A program made the translations under genes and the position numbers. A stretch of DNA of 64,000 nt from Pseudomonadota bacterium (GTDB taxonomy: Bacteria; Pseudomonadota; Alphaproteobacteria; Sneathiellales; Sneathiellaceae). Below the pieces are notes generated by a model that saw nothing but the letters and a program-made list of their open reading frames with translations, was not told the DNA's origin and made no database searches. The stretch covers positions 37,729 to 101,728 of the forward strand of contig JANSXH010000004.1 in the NCBI GenBank assembly GCA_024743055.1. Reading direction: 5' to 3'. This document shows, piece by piece, positions 1 through 8,610 of this stretch; within the stretch, counting starts at the first letter, position 1; each line of letters opens with the position of its first letter.

Positions 1-330
1 GTGGCGGTCTCCATAGCGATTTGTTTCAGCATCAATCTGCTCGAACGGGCGGCTGTCGAGGGCGAGGCTTTCATCCTTAAGAAGCTCGTCAAAAAAAATT
101 TTCCGCTTATTAAAAATCCAATCCGTTTTCAGATGAGGCGGAAAATATAGTCCATCCATCTTTAGTCTCGACCCATCGGCAAATCTCACCAAACGTCCTT
201 TAATAATATTTATTTTGACAGAATCCGGACCTATCTCTCCAGGCAGACTGGTATTAAAGAATCCAGGATTTTGCGAACTGGTATTAAGCGCCAATCCAAG
301 TCCGAAAAAAATCATATAAATGAATGCCAC
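1..330 (-). CDS. 5' part of an exported/membrane-anchored protein, thermonuclease (SNase)-like; runs off the window edge
   Basis: Not in the ORF track. GTG at 330 follows AGGAGG; 110 open codons MAFIYMIFFGLGLALN...FADGSRLKMDGLYFP...NRYGDRH. Hydrophobic N-terminus; DG-x-x-L...P and RYG motifs recall SNase-like proteins. Confidence 0.5.
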   Translation of the reverse strand, partial: MAFIYMIFFGLGLALNTSSQNPGFFNTSLPGEIGPDSVKINIIKGRLVRFADGSRLKMDGLYFPPHLKTDWIFNKRKIFFDELLKDESLALDSRPFEQIDAETNRYGDRH

Positions 331-397
331 ACCGACTCCTCCTCGCTAACTATGACGTTTTGAGCGGGCCAAGAGCAATCAAGACAACGTCTCGTTT

Positions 398-413
398 TGT
401 GATCTATTTCACA
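398..413. promoter_or_regulatory. CRP/FNR-family-like palindrome TGTGA-N6-TCACA
   Basis: TGTGATCTATTTCACA in the divergent intergenic region before cysH. Confidence 0.45.
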
Positions 414-513
414 TTTATATTTTGTATATAAAATTATTTATCTTATTTTCTTGATAATAAATTAATTACCTCATAGTTATGATGTATAGAATTTAGCAGA
501 ATCGGAAACTCTC

Positions 514-1263
514 ATGACGCGTCCCGACATTGCCCTCAGCCCTGAAGCCCTTGCTGCCCAGCTGCGAGGTAAATATGGCCACCTCTCCGGCGGGTCTCTC
601 CTGGAAGCACTGGTGAGTAATGAGTTAGGCGGCCAGATCATGCTGTCTTCCTCTTTCGGTGCAGAATCTGCCGTTTTGCTCGACCTCGTCGCCCAGGTTG
701 ACCCGACAATCCCAGTCATATTCCTTGATACACGGCGGCTGTTTGGAGAAACTTTGCGCTATCAGAAAACCCTGGCAGATCATCTCGGACTCGAGGATGT
801 GCGAATCGTTCGCCCTGATGATGGCGTTCTGCAACGGCTCGATCCTGAAGATATGCTATTTGCCAGCGACCCGGATAAATGCTGTGAGATCCGCAAGGTC
901 GCACCTTTGGATAAGATATTGACAAAAATGGGAAATTTAGGTTTTAAGGCTTGGATTACCGGACGCAAGAACTTCCAGTCCGACACCCGCTCCGCCATGC
1001 CGTCGATTGAAGCAGACGCTGACTTTATCAAGATCAACCCCCTCGCCGATTGGAGTAGCGACGATATCAAGCAGGCCTACCTCGCCAAGAATCTGCCGCC
1101 CCATCCGCTAGTGGCTGATGGTTTCAAATCCCTGGGCTGCATGCCTTGTACCGTGCGGGTTGCAGAAGGTGCCGATGCACGTTCCGGCCGTTGGGCCGGA
1201 CGGACGAAATCGGAATGCGGTATTCATATATCCCGCTCCGCGGCGTCGTCACCGATCAATTAA
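514..1263 (+). CDS. cysH: APS/PAPS reductase, Fe-S (APS) type
   Basis: SSFG, FLDT, CC-x-x-RK, WITG, S-x-GCxPCT and C-terminal ECGIH motifs; the CC...CxxC set marks the [4Fe-4S] type. Confidence 0.93.
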   Translation: MTRPDIALSPEALAAQLRGKYGHLSGGSLLEALVSNELGGQIMLSSSFGAESAVLLDLVAQVDPTIPVIFLDTRRLFGETLRYQKTLADHLGLEDVRIVRPDDGVLQRLDPEDMLFASDPDKCCEIRKVAPLDKILTKMGNLGFKAWITGRKNFQSDTRSAMPSIEADADFIKINPLADWSSDDIKQAYLAKNLPPHPLVADGFKSLGCMPCTVRVAEGADARSGRWAGRTKSECGIHISRSAASSPIN

Positions 1264-1397
1264 TACACTATTTTTTTGTGATATAATTTTAATTCACAAT
1301 TTTCTTGCGTTATTAAAATAACTAACTACATAATACGAAATATAGAGACTATGGCATCCCGGTTTCGGGCCTCCATTTGAGAACAAGGAGAAACACA

Positions 1398-1727
1398 ATG
1401 GCATTGCAGGTTTACACAGCATCTCTTCTGAAAGAAGGTCTGGTGGCATATTTAAGTCTGAAAGACGGTGTTCCTTCCTGGACCGCTGACATTCGCGAGG
1501 CAACTGCCGATACGGCGGATCGTCTGGATAGTCTGAAGGCGGCTGCCGAGAGTGCCGAGCAGGATAACATTGTTGTCGCTCCGTATGTCATCGACGTCCT
1601 GGAGACGGAAAATGGCTGGAAAGCAGCGACGAAACGGGAACAGATCCGCGCTGAAGGCCCCTCCTTTGCCTTACCGCAGGATTCCAGCACTGCCCACCGC
1701 TCAGATGAGAGTCGCCGGGCCGCCTAA
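1398..1727 (+). CDS. DUF2849 family protein
   Basis: AAGGAG RBS before ATG 1398; TAS-LL-x-EG-x-V-x-YL...W and REQIRAEGPS; usual position before cysI. Confidence 0.8.
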   Translation: MALQVYTASLLKEGLVAYLSLKDGVPSWTADIREATADTADRLDSLKAAAESAEQDNIVVAPYVIDVLETENGWKAATKREQIRAEGPSFALPQDSSTAHRSDESRRAA

Positions 1728-1741
1728 CCTTAAGGAATACC

Positions 1742-3394
1742 ATGTATCAATATTCAGAGCAGGATCATCAACTGCTGCTGGAACGGGTCGAGCAGTTTCG
1801 CGGCCAGGTTCAGCGGCGGTTGAGCGGACAGCTATCCGAAGACGAATTCAAGCAGCAGCGCCTACGCAACGGTCTCTATTTGCAGCTTCATGCTTATATG
1901 CTGCGGGTTGCCATTCCCTACGGTCTCCTCTCCGCCGAGCAGATGCGCACCCTCGCCCATATTGCCCGTAAGTATGACAAGGGCTATGGTCATTTCAGTA
2001 CCCGGCAGAATATTCAATACAATTGGCCACAGTTGGAGGATGTCCCGGATATCCTGGATGATTTGGCAGCCGTCGAAATGCACGCCATTCAGACAAGTGG
2101 TAACTGCATCCGTAACACGACCTCTGATCCGCTAGCCGGCGTAGCCCGGGACGAGATTGAGGATCCCCGCCCCTATTGCGAGTTGATCCGGCAATGGTCG
2201 ACTTTCCATCCGGAGTTCAACTTCCTGCCCCGTAAATTCAAGATCGCCGTCAGTGGCGCTATTGGCGACAGGGCCGCGGTTGCCGTGCATGACATTGGTC
2301 TGCGCTTGGTAGAAGGTCCTGAGGGCGAAAACGGCTTTGAGATCTATGTTGGTGGCGGCCTCGGCCGGACCCCGATGATCGGCAAACTGATCCGCCCCTT
2401 CCTGCCGAAAGAAGACATGCTGACCTATCTGGAAGCGATTTTGCGGGTCTATAACCAGCTTGGACGCCGGGATAACCTTTATAAGGCCCGTATCAAAATC
2501 CTTGTTCATGAAACCGGCGAAGAGAAATTCCGTGAGCTGGTGGAAGAAGAGTGGCAGAAAATCAAAGCCACTGGCTTGTATTTGCGCGAGCAGGATGTCG
2601 AGCGGATCAAGGGGTTCTTCAAAGACCCGGATTACGAAACCCTGCCCGACACCGACGCCGAGTTCGAGAATCAGCTGCTCAGCAACCCCGAATTCGCCCG
2701 CTGGGCCGATAAGAATATCGAGCTGCACAAGCAGTCCGGCTATCGGGTCGTGTACCTGTCTCTCAAATCTGCCAACCAGCCTCCGGGTGACGTCACAGCG
2801 GATCAGATGGATGCGGTTGCCGATCTCGCCGATAAATACAGCCTCGGCCAGATCCGCACCACTCACCGTCAGAATCTGGTTCTGTCTGATGTGAAATTGC
2901 AGGACCTGCCGGCGCTATGGCAGGAACTCAAGGCGCTTGATCTCGCGACCCCTAACTATAATCATGTCACCGATATCATCTCCTGCCCTGGCCTTGATTA
3001 TTGTGCCCTGGCAACAGCTCGGTCCATCCCGATCTCGAAAGCCATCACCGATCGCTTCGATGACTATGATTTCGTCAATGACCTGGGCGATGTCAGCATC
3101 AATATTTCCGGCTGCATCAATGCCTGTGGTCATCATCATGTGGCAAATATCGGCATTCTGGGCGTCAACAAGAAAGGCGAAGAAGTCTATCAGTTGACCT
3201 TGGGCGGCAGCGCCCGTGAGGATGCCTCTATCGGCAAGATTATCGGCCCGGCCTTTGATGCCGATCAAATCGTTGATGCCATTGGCGATGTACTGAACGT
3301 GTATCTGGAAAATCGGGAAGAGCCGGAAGAGACATTTCTGGCGACATATCGCCGTCTCGGCCAGGACCCATTCAAGGAGAGACTCTATGGGTAA
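1742..3394 (+). CDS. cysI: sulfite/nitrite reductase hemoprotein (siroheme, 4Fe-4S)
   Basis: RLRNGLYLQ, STRQNIQ, LPRKFKIA, CPGLDYC and ISGCINACG motifs. Confidence 0.93.
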   Translation: MYQYSEQDHQLLLERVEQFRGQVQRRLSGQLSEDEFKQQRLRNGLYLQLHAYMLRVAIPYGLLSAEQMRTLAHIARKYDKGYGHFSTRQNIQYNWPQLEDVPDILDDLAAVEMHAIQTSGNCIRNTTSDPLAGVARDEIEDPRPYCELIRQWSTFHPEFNFLPRKFKIAVSGAIGDRAAVAVHDIGLRLVEGPEGENGFEIYVGGGLGRTPMIGKLIRPFLPKEDMLTYLEAILRVYNQLGRRDNLYKARIKILVHETGEEKFRELVEEEWQKIKATGLYLREQDVERIKGFFKDPDYETLPDTDAEFENQLLSNPEFARWADKNIELHKQSGYRVVYLSLKSANQPPGDVTADQMDAVADLADKYSLGQIRTTHRQNLVLSDVKLQDLPALWQELKALDLATPNYNHVTDIISCPGLDYCALATARSIPISKAITDRFDDYDFVNDLGDVSINISGCINACGHHHVANIGILGVNKKGEEVYQLTLGGSAREDASIGKIIGPAFDADQIVDAIGDVLNVYLENREEPEETFLATYRRLGQDPFKERLYG

Positions 3395-3881
3395 CTATAT
3401 CAAGGACCGGAAGCCGGCGACTGACGAATGGATGCCCTTCACTGGCCTCGAGGACAACGATACGCTGCCGAGCGGTGATATCTACGTGCCGCTTGAGGAA
3501 TGGCTGACCCGCCGTGAGAGTCTGCTCGCTCGCAACAGCCGCCTCGGAGTGTCCTTGAGTAACACCGACGATGTGAGCCTGTTAATTCCGGATCTGGAAC
3601 GGCTGGATTTGGTGGTTCTGGAATTTCCGAAGATGGCCGATGGCCGGGCCTTTACCCAAGCTCGCCTGCTCAGGGAACGCTTCGGCTTTAAGGGCGAAAT
3701 CCGGGCGACCGGTGATGTGCTGCATGATCAGCTGTTTTACATGCAGCGTTGCGGCTTCGATGCCTTTGAAATTCGCGACGGTCAGGATGTTGATGGCTCT
3801 TTGAAAGCCTTTACCGAAATGACGGTTACGTATCAGCCGGCTGCAGATGAGGAATTCCCTATCTGGCGCCGTGAAGACTGA
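3387..3881 (+). CDS. DUF934 family protein (sulfite reductase partner)
   Basis: FPKMADGRAFTQARLLR and RATGDVLHDQLFYMQRCGFDAF; overlaps the cysI stop. Confidence 0.88.
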   Translation: MGNYIKDRKPATDEWMPFTGLEDNDTLPSGDIYVPLEEWLTRRESLLARNSRLGVSLSNTDDVSLLIPDLERLDLVVLEFPKMADGRAFTQARLLRERFGFKGEIRATGDVLHDQLFYMQRCGFDAFEIRDGQDVDGSLKAFTEMTVTYQPAADEEFPIWRRED

Positions 3882-3884
3882 CAC

Positions 3885-3960
3885 AAAAAAGGACGGGCTA
3901 TTACCCGTCCCTTTTGAAAGCACCTGGTTTATGCTCCCCGGCAACCAGGTGCTTTTTCTT
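3885..3960. terminator. two hairpins between convergent genes
   Basis: AAAAAAGGACGGG-ctatta-CCCGTCCCTTTT and AAAGCACCTGGTT...AACCAGGTGCTTTTT. Confidence 0.75.
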
Positions 3961-3964
3961 TAGT

Positions 3965-4447
3965 CTATTCGTCAAAATCCTTCGAGATTTTCGGCCAGTT
4001 ATTATTGGCGAGTTTGATATTGCCGGGAATGTCCTGCTGCCAGGTATTCTGAACACCTTTTGAATAATTCAGATAGAGCTTGCCATCGACAATCTTCCAG
4101 GCTTCTGGGACGATTGAGGCAGTGTATCCCTGGCTAACGGCCCAAGCGCAATAGCCGCCATATTGAGGGGCATATTTTTCAGGATCAGCTTCGAACAAAG
4201 CCTTGTTCTCGGCACTCGCAAACTGCCATTTGGACCCTTTCCACTCAGCCACATGATCGCTATTGCCTTCCACGGGCTTGCCTTCCGTGAAATAGGCAAC
4301 GACGTCATAACCTTCGACGGCTGTGCCGAACAGGCTGCTGTTATATAGACTCTTCGCCGATGCGGTATTCAGGGTGGCAAAAGACATCAGGGCTACCAAG
4401 GCGACAACCCACAGGCCGTTTAACTTCATTGACAGGTTTGGTTTCAT
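3965..4447 (-). CDS. exported YHS-domain protein
   Basis: Start MKPNLSMK after GGAGG; signal peptide; GYDVVAYF, F-x-S-x-EN...F...PEKYAPQYGGYCAW, IVDGKLYLNY. Confidence 0.85.
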   Translation of the reverse strand: MKPNLSMKLNGLWVVALVALMSFATLNTASAKSLYNSSLFGTAVEGYDVVAYFTEGKPVEGNSDHVAEWKGSKWQFASAENKALFEADPEKYAPQYGGYCAWAVSQGYTASIVPEAWKIVDGKLYLNYSKGVQNTWQQDIPGNIKLANNNWPKISKDFDE

Positions 4448-4543
4448 ATTACCCTCCAATAGGATGTGATTACGTCGGTTCAATCCAGAAATAGGATCTA
4501 TTTTCCGCCAAACCACGCACATTCAATGACAATCCTGTGAGGA

Positions 4544-5239
4544 TTATGTCGTGGCTGCCGGTTTTTGCAAATAGACAAAGGCCAGGATCATTCCGGCGAC
4601 AAATCCACCGCAATGGGCTGCCCAGGCAATCCCAGCGCCTGGCCCGACGAGCATGGTCCCGAGCGGGGTGGCGCCGATGATCAAATTGACCCCGAGCAAA
4701 ACACCGATAAACACCAGGACACCGCGAAAGCGATAGCGCGGTAGCATCAGGATTGACGTCGCGCCCATGGCGCCAAACACTCCACCTGAGGCACCGTAGA
4801 GCACGATATCCAAGTTCGGATCGGCAATGAGATACTCAGCAAACGCCCCAAGCCAGCCGGACAGGAAAAACAGAATCAGGAATCGTGTTGCCCCAAAACG
4901 CCGCTCCACCATCGATCCAAAGGCCAGCAGCATCCCGGCATTCAGGATCATATGCATCCAGTCATGATGCAGGAACATATGAGTATTGAGGGTCAGGAAT
5001 ATGTGAAACAGGCCAGGAAGGGTCGGGTTATCCAGGATTGCTGAGACAAGTGCCGGCCGGAAGGAGAAATTCTGATAGACCCATTCCAGGGTATCCGGCG
5101 TCGTCACCTCCGTCATCAAATGGACGATGAAGAGGGCGGCAACCACATATTTCGTCGCGGGCGGCACATTAAAAGCCGGGACATTCTTCGAAAGATTATC
5201 GGTCAACAAAAATTCCAATACTGATGCTGGCGACACCAC
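4544..5239 (-). CDS. rhomboid family intramembrane serine protease
   Basis: H-x-x-x-x-H-x-x-x-N, GASGG and AHCGG motifs; several hydrophobic segments; start uncertain. Confidence 0.88.
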   Translation of the reverse strand: MVSPASVLEFLLTDNLSKNVPAFNVPPATKYVVAALFIVHLMTEVTTPDTLEWVYQNFSFRPALVSAILDNPTLPGLFHIFLTLNTHMFLHHDWMHMILNAGMLLAFGSMVERRFGATRFLILFFLSGWLGAFAEYLIADPNLDIVLYGASGGVFGAMGATSILMLPRYRFRGVLVFIGVLLGVNLIIGATPLGTMLVGPGAGIAWAAHCGGFVAGMILAFVYLQKPAATT

Positions 5240-5271
5240 CCATGGCGGGTCTTCGTCCCTATGTAATAGGG

Positions 5272-6477
5272 CTAGTCACCATTTACAGCAAGAAATTCAG
5301 CAATCTGCTCTTCCGAACAACCGACTTCGCGCAACACTTCTGCCGTATGTTCCCCGACCTTGACCGGCGGCGCTGCCGACTGCAAAGGACCATCAGCATT
5401 GGCAATGAACGGCGCACCGACGAGACGCAGAGCTTGATCAAACCCTGTAAGCTGTCCGGCATCGACCATGATTCCGCGATAATCCAACTGCGGATCGGTT
5501 GTCGATTCTGGCAGGCTTCGGATCGCCTGGACGGCCACTCCGGCCTCATTGAATAAGGCTAGCCATTCATCCGTTGTTTTTGTCTTCAGAGCTTCGCCCA
5601 GAAGCTCCTGCCCTGGCTCGAGGTTCTCGGCACGAGCTTCAAAGGTGGCAAAGCGCGGATCCTTCAGCAGATGCGATAATCCGGTCACATTAAATACCGC
5701 CTCATTCTGAGTTGGCGTGATGGTGGCCACTAAAATCTGTCCGTCGAGGGTGTCGAAAACTCCAGCGGTCGGCTGGCGAGTGGGAGACCCGTTTCCGATC
5801 AGGGGCGGAATGTTTCCGCGCACCATGAAATCAGCCATCTGCGCTGCTGCCAGCAACAGGGCGCTATCATACATGGCCACATCTACATACTGCCCTTCCC
5901 CGGTCAGATGTCGACGATTGATAGCAGAGGCAACAGCGAAGGCGGCATTAATGCCGGTGAACATGTCGACCACCATAATCCCGATGCGGGTCGGCCCAGT
6001 TTCTTCATGGCCATTGAGGGTAAACAGACCGGAGGCGGCCTGAATGGCCGAATCATAGGCCTTGTCCCCGCTCCTAGGGCCTTCCTGTCCATAGCCACTG
6101 ACAGAGCAATAAACGAGATCTGGACGACGAGCTTTCAGGCTTTCATAGTCCACGCCCAGTTTTTTGGCGACACCAGGGCGGAAATTCTCCACGACCACAT
6201 CCGCGTCGGCGATCAGCTTATGAACCACCTCTCGCCCGGCCTCTGATTTAAGGTCTAAGGCGAGGCTTCTTTTGCCAAGATTCGAGGTCAAAAATGCAGG
6301 TGATGTCAGGTTTGCCGCCATTTCCGCATCGGTGAGGATCATCCTGAGTTGGTCGCCCTTTTGCGGTGCCTCAATCTTGACCACATCGGCACCAAGCAGG
6401 GAGAACATCTGAGTACAGATGGGACCTGCCAAGACTTGCGTAAAATCGACGACTTTCAGTCCTTCATAGGCTTTCAT
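5272..6477 (-). CDS. family III (CaiB/BaiF) CoA transferase
   Basis: KVVDFTQVLAGP, LGADVVKIE, GKRSLALDLK, ENFRPG, YD-x-x-IQA-x-SG. Confidence 0.9.
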   Translation of the reverse strand: MKAYEGLKVVDFTQVLAGPICTQMFSLLGADVVKIEAPQKGDQLRMILTDAEMAANLTSPAFLTSNLGKRSLALDLKSEAGREVVHKLIADADVVVENFRPGVAKKLGVDYESLKARRPDLVYCSVSGYGQEGPRSGDKAYDSAIQAASGLFTLNGHEETGPTRIGIMVVDMFTGINAAFAVASAINRRHLTGEGQYVDVAMYDSALLLAAAQMADFMVRGNIPPLIGNGSPTRQPTAGVFDTLDGQILVATITPTQNEAVFNVTGLSHLLKDPRFATFEARAENLEPGQELLGEALKTKTTDEWLALFNEAGVAVQAIRSLPESTTDPQLDYRGIMVDAGQLTGFDQALRLVGAPFIANADGPLQSAAPPVKVGEHTAEVLREVGCSEEQIAEFLAVNGD

Positions 6478-8573
6478 GACGCATTTTCCTTGGGCACGAT
6501 CAGTGCATCGACCGCAACAGCCCCTCTTGGGAGAGCAATAAATGGATTCACATCAATGGTCTCAATCGTATCGGCATTTTCCGCTGCAAAGACGGAGAGT
6601 TTTGCCAATGCCTCAGCCAAAGCATCGATATCTGATGGAGGCGCGCCGCGCACCCCATCCAGCATCGCCCGCCCCTGAATCTCGTCAATCATCCGGCGCG
6701 CTTCGTCAACGCCGAAGGGCGCCAGACGGAAGGTGACATCTTTCAAGACCTCAACGAAGACACCGCCGAGGCCAAACATCACAGCCGGCCCAAACACGGG
6801 GTCACAGACGACACCCATGACCGTCTCAACCCCACCACTGACCATTTCAGCAACGATCACCCCATCGATATGGGCATCGGGCTTGGCACTCTTTGCTCGC
6901 TCGATGAGGGTGTTGTACCCCTCTGCAACCTCTTCCGCCGAGTTAATATTGAGAAGAACCCCGCCGATTTCCGTCTTATGAAGAATATCCGGGGAGGCGA
7001 TCTTCATGACGACAGCGCCGCCGATCTTCTGCCAGACCGACACCGCGTCCTCAGCCGATCCCACCAACTCTTCTGTGGTGACTGGTATACCGACGCTATC
7101 GAGAATGCGTTTCGCTTCATGCTCTGCCACTGGCGTTGTCGGAGCTGGCAGTGCGCTGCCTGGAAGGGCGGGAGGAGCTTCCGGTTTACCTCGGGCAAAA
7201 ACCTCGCCGAAATGCATCAGGGACGCCATGGCGCGCACGGCAAGGGATGGGTCCTCATAACAGGGGATATTCATATCCTCATAGGTCTTCACAACTTCTT
7301 CCGGCCCGATCATGCTCATCATCATGATCTCGTCCGGATATTTCTTCCTCAGATTATTGAAGATCTGTTCACTGATATCCTTGGTGAAAGGAGAGGCCGG
7401 GATGCTTGCGAGATAGACAATATGCGCATCAAAATCCGCATCATCAATGGTCATGCTGATATTGGCTTCCATCAGGCTCGGATCATTGAGGGCCTGGGCT
7501 GTGAAATCGACGGGATTGGTCACTCCCGCAAACGGGATCAGTTCTTTCAGCTTCTTTTGAGTCGCATCGGGCAGCGGTTTCACATCCAGATCATGTTTTA
7601 CTGACGCATCGGCCATCTGTACGCCGACACCACCTGAGATGGTCTGCAGATCAATCTTGCGACCTTGCGGATATTGACCGAACTGACAGCCATAGGCGAC
7701 ATCGACAAATTCTTCCGTTGTCTCGGCGCGATACACCCCATATTGCTTGAACAAGGCGTCATAGACCGCATCGGCACCGGCCAGGGACGCCGTATGAGAT
7801 GCGGCTGCCTGTGCCCCGATGTCGGTGCTGCCTACTTTCATGAAAATCACTGGTTTCTCAGCGTCCCGCGCCATTTCAAGGGCGTTGCAAATGCGATTGG
7901 AGTCCTTCATGCCTTCCGCATAGGCAAGGATGACCTTTACGTCATCGGCCTGGGCGTAATATTCAATGACTTCGGCAACATCCACATCGGATTCGTTGCC
8001 GGTGGTAACCCAATAGTTGGAGCCTACTCCGCGTAGTTGTGAGACCATAAAGACATGGGCACCATAGGCGCCGCTCTGACTGACGATCCCCATAGGTCCC
8101 GGAGGCATACGTAGCATGCCTGGCGCATTGGTAAAGGTTCCGTACCAGCCACTTCCCACGTTAAAGACCCCGAGACAATTGGGGCCGATAATGCGCATGC
8201 CGCTCTCGCGGGCGATGCCACTGATTTCCTGCTGCGCCTTGGCGCCGTCGTCACTGAGTTCAGCAAAACCGGACGTGAACATGACGGCGCTTTTGACCCC
8301 GTGATCGGCACAGTCGCGCACCGTCTCGACGGCGATCTTGGCTGGAATGGCGATCACTGCGCAATCGATCCCTTTCGGCGTGTCCTTGATGGAGGCAAAG
8401 GCCGGCAGATCCTGAATGGTATCCCGTGTTGGATTGACCGGATAGATATCCCCCTTAAAGCCGAGGGCTTTCATGGATCCGATGGGTCGACCGCCAATGC
8501 GGGAGGGCGTGTCCGAAGCCCCGATAATAGCAACAGAACTGGGCCGCAGCATGGGCTCAAGCGGATGGGTCAT
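6474..8573 (-). CDS. acyl-CoA synthetase, NDP-forming (acetate-CoA ligase family, fused alpha-beta)
   Basis: PSSVAIIGAS, GPNCLG, SQSG, phospho-His ASHT, ATP-grasp HKTEIGGV, DPVFGP, DVNP. Confidence 0.9.
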   Translation of the reverse strand: MTHPLEPMLRPSSVAIIGASDTPSRIGGRPIGSMKALGFKGDIYPVNPTRDTIQDLPAFASIKDTPKGIDCAVIAIPAKIAVETVRDCADHGVKSAVMFTSGFAELSDDGAKAQQEISGIARESGMRIIGPNCLGVFNVGSGWYGTFTNAPGMLRMPPGPMGIVSQSGAYGAHVFMVSQLRGVGSNYWVTTGNESDVDVAEVIEYYAQADDVKVILAYAEGMKDSNRICNALEMARDAEKPVIFMKVGSTDIGAQAAASHTASLAGADAVYDALFKQYGVYRAETTEEFVDVAYGCQFGQYPQGRKIDLQTISGGVGVQMADASVKHDLDVKPLPDATQKKLKELIPFAGVTNPVDFTAQALNDPSLMEANISMTIDDADFDAHIVYLASIPASPFTKDISEQIFNNLRKKYPDEIMMMSMIGPEEVVKTYEDMNIPCYEDPSLAVRAMASLMHFGEVFARGKPEAPPALPGSALPAPTTPVAEHEAKRILDSVGIPVTTEELVGSAEDAVSVWQKIGGAVVMKIASPDILHKTEIGGVLLNINSAEEVAEGYNTLIERAKSAKPDAHIDGVIVAEMVSGGVETVMGVVCDPVFGPAVMFGLGGVFVEVLKDVTFRLAPFGVDEARRMIDEIQGRAMLDGVRGAPPSDIDALAEALAKLSVFAAENADTIETIDVNPFIALPRGAVAVDALIVPKENAS

Positions 8574-8610
8574 GGATTAGTTCCTTCTTATCCCTTGGAT
8601 GTTGTGTCCT

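Noticed and set aside
514-3881. Sulfite reductase without cysJ as a novelty
   Set aside because: cysI with DUF2849/DUF934 and no CysJ flavoprotein is a common proteobacterial arrangement
3965-4447. Possible selenoprotein (YHS family)
   Set aside because: The GGYCAW position is a Cys codon and there is no in-frame TGA
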